Of a DNA stretch of 16,368 nucleotides, positions 14,741 through 16,368 are shown in pieces (positions within the stretch are counted from its first letter, which is position 1; every line of letters begins with the position of its first letter). A model generated the notes under the pieces. It was not told where the DNA came from. It did not search any database and worked only from the letters and a program-made list of their open reading frames with translations. Source of the DNA: a virus; IMG/VR virus record IMGVR_UViG_3300031087_000010, positions 1-16,368 of that record. One strand, written 5' to 3'. Position numbers and translations under genes: made by a program.

Positions 14741-15105
14741 GATGTCTCCTGTCGGCTCGGGAACGTTTCGAGGAACGCCTCGAACTTGCCCCGGTTGGCT
14801 ACTTCCGGTTGCGGCAGGGCCGCCATTGTGTCGCGGTACGAGTCCATCAGGCCGGTAATCGCGGTGATCCGTACCCTCGGATCTCCCAGGGCTTTCTGCA
14901 GCATCCGGGCCTGATCGAGGGCGAGCTGGCAGATCGCCAGATGCCGCGCCTCGATCAGTTGCTGCTTGTTCAGATCCTCGATCGAGAGCTGAGTCGCCCT
15001 AACGATATCGGTATCCTGCCCGGTGCCGAGGGGTTGCACTTCGAGGCCGGGCAGTTCGGTTTGGATCTCTAACAACTCGGCCGCCTTTCGGTGCGATCCC
15101 GGCAA
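14737..15105 (-). CDS. Hypothetical protein; positional candidate for the small terminase subunit (up to 122 aa)
   Basis: Lies between HNH and terL. The start is uncertain: TTG at 15105 has no SD, while TTG at 15075 is preceded by AAAGG at 8-nt spacing. I recognise no motif. Confidence 0.55.
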   Translation of the reverse strand: MPGSHRKAAELLEIQTELPGLEVQPLGTGQDTDIVRATQLSIEDLNKQQLIEARHLAICQLALDQARMLQKALGDPRVRITAITGLMDSYRDTMAALPQPEVANRGKFEAFLETFPSRQETS

Positions 15106-15166
15106 AACCGGTTTTTTTTCTGAGCGATTCGGGGGAAATGGAAGGGTAGGCGCGGGGTGTCCAGAG

Positions 15167-15436
15167 CTACCCGATTCTAAAAAACTGCTGTTGATCCTCG
15201 ACGATCGCGGCCGGGCCTTCGAGTATCCGCGTGCCCTTGCTGCTGTTGCACGGACCGTGAGCGGGCCGCAGGTTGTCGAGGTCGAACATCAGCTCGGGAT
15301 ACTGGGACTTGGGCAGGACGTGATCGGCGGTGGTCGCGCCGGGCAGGTGACAGATCCAGCATTTGTCGCCATATGCTTCGAGTGTAAGCCTTGTGAACTC
15401 TTGGGCTTTACGCCCTCCCCAGCTCGGGGCACTCAT
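15167..15436 (-). CDS. HNH endonuclease, 89 aa
   Basis: CWICHLPGATTADHVLPKSQYPELMFDLDNLRPAHGPCNSSKG carries the Cys pair plus H-N-H residues. ATGA overlap with the upstream gene. The position next to the terminase genes is typical of cos-type phages. Confidence 0.9.
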   Translation of the reverse strand: MSAPSWGGRKAQEFTRLTLEAYGDKCWICHLPGATTADHVLPKSQYPELMFDLDNLRPAHGPCNSSKGTRILEGPAAIVEDQQQFFRIG

Positions 15437-15648
15437 GCCGCGATGGGTTTGCTGCAGAGTGCGCAGTCGCCGATCGTGAGCCGGATCGGTTCGGGGCAGC
15501 AGCAGTGAGTGATCCCGAGGCGTACGCCCTGCAGCGTGAGATCCCCGCTGATCGGCATCGGCCAGCCCATCCGCTCATAGGCGACTGCCTCGCGTACCCG
15601 TTCGTCGGTAGCGGGTACGGCGTGCCGTTCCCAGTCCTCGTACGTCAT
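15433..15648 (-). CDS. Hypothetical Cys-cluster protein, 71 aa
   Basis: Internal ATG 15648-15646 of track ORF 15433-15882; an alternative GTG lies at 15669. Sequence MTYEDWERHAVPATDERVREAVAYERMGWPMPISGDLTLQGVRLGITHCCCPEPIRLTIGDCALCSKPIAA. Confidence 0.6.
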   Translation of the reverse strand: MTYEDWERHAVPATDERVREAVAYERMGWPMPISGDLTLQGVRLGITHCCCPEPIRLTIGDCALCSKPIAA

Positions 15649-15655
15649 GCCCCAG

Positions 15656-15979
15656 TTAGAGTGAGCCACGGTATTCCCCCCATTGTTTGTTGACTGCCTG
15701 CTGCCAGGCGTGGTGTTGGTGTTTCGGGCAGGGTGCCATGTTGTTGCACCCCTCGGCCGAGCAAGCCTGAAACTCAAACCCTTGGATCTTAACAGGCTTG
15801 TTCGGTGCATCCTCCAGCGGTGCATCGAACGTTTCGGCGGGTCGGCGGTTGAACTTGCGTATTGTCTCCTGCTGTGCTGCATAGGCCCCTGCGGTGCTGC
15901 GGGAGCCTGCAGCCTCGGCCTCGGCGATCGTGATCTCGTTCTCGTCGAACAGGGCCTGCAGGTGTTCCGGCTCGATCAT
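15656..15979 (-). CDS. Hypothetical Cys/His-cluster protein, 107 aa
   Basis: ATG 15979-15977 forms an ATGA overlap with the stop of the initiator-like gene. The C-terminal region contains CSAEGCNNMAPCPKHQHH. Confidence 0.7.
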   Translation of the reverse strand: MIEPEHLQALFDENEITIAEAEAAGSRSTAGAYAAQQETIRKFNRRPAETFDAPLEDAPNKPVKIQGFEFQACSAEGCNNMAPCPKHQHHAWQQAVNKQWGEYRGSL

Positions 15980-16368
15980 CGATGCTCCCTGCACTTGATG
16001 TAGTCCTGCCCAGGGTAGGACCGCCTGCCGACAACGCTGCAGCCCTCGGCGTGCTTCCAGCAGTTGAGCATCGGATTATCGTTGCCCGAGGATCTGCAGG
16101 GGATGCAATACCGGCCGCGCAGCTCGCGGACTTTTCCACAGGCGAAACACTTGCCCTCGTTCTCTGGTGAGGTACTTGTGAAACTGGATTCATCAGAGTT
16201 ACTAGGGTGGTTTATGGATGGTTTGGGTGTCCGCTGGGACAGGGGGGGGGTGTCCGCTGGGACACCCCCCCCGGTGTCCGCCAGGACAGGGGGTGTCCGC
16301 TGGGACACCCGGTGCTGTGCGGAACGGTCACAGTCGGCCGGGCACTTGACGAGGATCTCGTAACGGTT
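15976..16368 (-). CDS. Winged-helix initiator-like protein, C-terminal part (linker plus CxxC-x10-CxxC zinc-ribbon-like domain); 5' end continues at 127 -> 364 of the circular map
   Basis: Track ORF 15976-16308 begins at an internal GTG. The frame stays open to the window end (393 nt = 131 codons). Joined to 2-364 it gives 209 aa. C-terminus: ENEGKCFACGKVRELRGRYCIPCRSSGNDNPMLNCWKHAEGCSVVGRRSYPGQDYIKCREHR. Confidence 0.8.
   Translation of the reverse strand, partial: NRYEILVKCPADCDRSAQHRVSQRTPPVLADTGGGVPADTPPLSQRTPKPSINHPSNSDESSFTSTSPENEGKCFACGKVRELRGRYCIPCRSSGNDNPMLNCWKHAEGCSVVGRRSYPGQDYIKCREHR
16228..16307. repeat. Iteron-like array: four 14-bp TGTCC-N4-GGACA palindromes separated by G/C homopolymers
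   Basis: Sites at 16228-16241, 16251-16264, 16275-16288 and 16294-16307, with start-to-start spacing of 23, 24 and 19 bp. Spacers are G9, C8GG and G5. All lie inside the coding linker of the initiator-like gene. Confidence 0.85.
16242..16368. repeat. Terminal overlap, copy 2 (identical to 1-127)
   Basis: Same comparison. 127 nt equals a commonly used maximum assembler k-mer, which fits a circular-contig closure artefact rather than a biological repeat. Confidence 0.97.

Noticed and set aside
15099-15119. CCGG-CAAAA-CCGG plus T8 as a plus-strand terminator
   Set aside because: The stem is only 4 bp and there is no plus-strand gene to terminate. The A/T tract is more plausibly part of the candidate packaging or bending region.
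16228-16307. The repeat array as a small CRISPR array
   Set aside because: The repeats are only 14 bp, the spacers are 5-10 nt of G/C homopolymer, and the array lies inside an open reading frame with no cas genes. This is an iteron/operator-type array, not CRISPR.
16242-16368. The 127-bp end repeat as a biological direct terminal repeat, LTR or insertion-sequence end
   Set aside because: The length equals a standard maximum assembler k-mer, a gene reads straight through the junction, and the HNH/terminase layout predicts cos ends elsewhere. I treat it as circular-assembly overlap, which read mapping can test.
1-16368. tRNA, rRNA, integrase/attP, transposase and toxin-antitoxin signatures
   Set aside because: I found no cloverleaf-like structures, no tyrosine or serine recombinase motifs, and no inverted terminal repeats flanking a transposase-sized ORF. 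Every ORF over 60 aa that I accept is accounted for in the phage gene order.

Overview
High-G+C DNA (about two-thirds G+C by eye). Positions 1-127 are identical to 16242-16368, so the window is one circularly closed or terminally redundant unit of 16,241 bp. It reads as a complete, very compact siphovirus-type phage genome. Every gene I can support is on the minus strand, about 96% of the unit is coding by my coordinates, and 11 gene junctions have start/stop overlaps. Gene order along the minus strand:
- XRE-type HTH regulator
- 129-aa unknown
- winged-helix initiator-like gene that crosses the window junction; its linker carries four TGTCC-N4-GGACA palindromes plus an AT-richer patch (origin-like)
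- two small Cys/His-cluster proteins
- HNH endonuclease
- candidate small terminase
- 65-aa ORF
- large terminase
- 79-aa ORF
- 18-bp-stem hairpin
- portal
- prohead protease::major capsid fusion
- head-tail adaptor
- tail-terminator-like protein
- tail tube
- HK97 gp10-like protein
- tail assembly chaperone with a G_GGT_TTA -1 frameshift extension
- tape measure
- three tail-tip proteins, the last with a split SGNH esterase signature
- CHAP+LysM endolysin
- structured 120-bp gap
- holin
- XhlA-like tail-anchored protein
- structured 161-bp gap
I saw no integrase, polymerase, helicase, partition gene, tRNA or CRISPR array. All functional calls come from motif and synteny recognition by eye; no database search was run. 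The most interesting signal is the origin-like iteron array embedded in the junction-spanning initiator-like gene, which the linear ORF track splits and partly misses.
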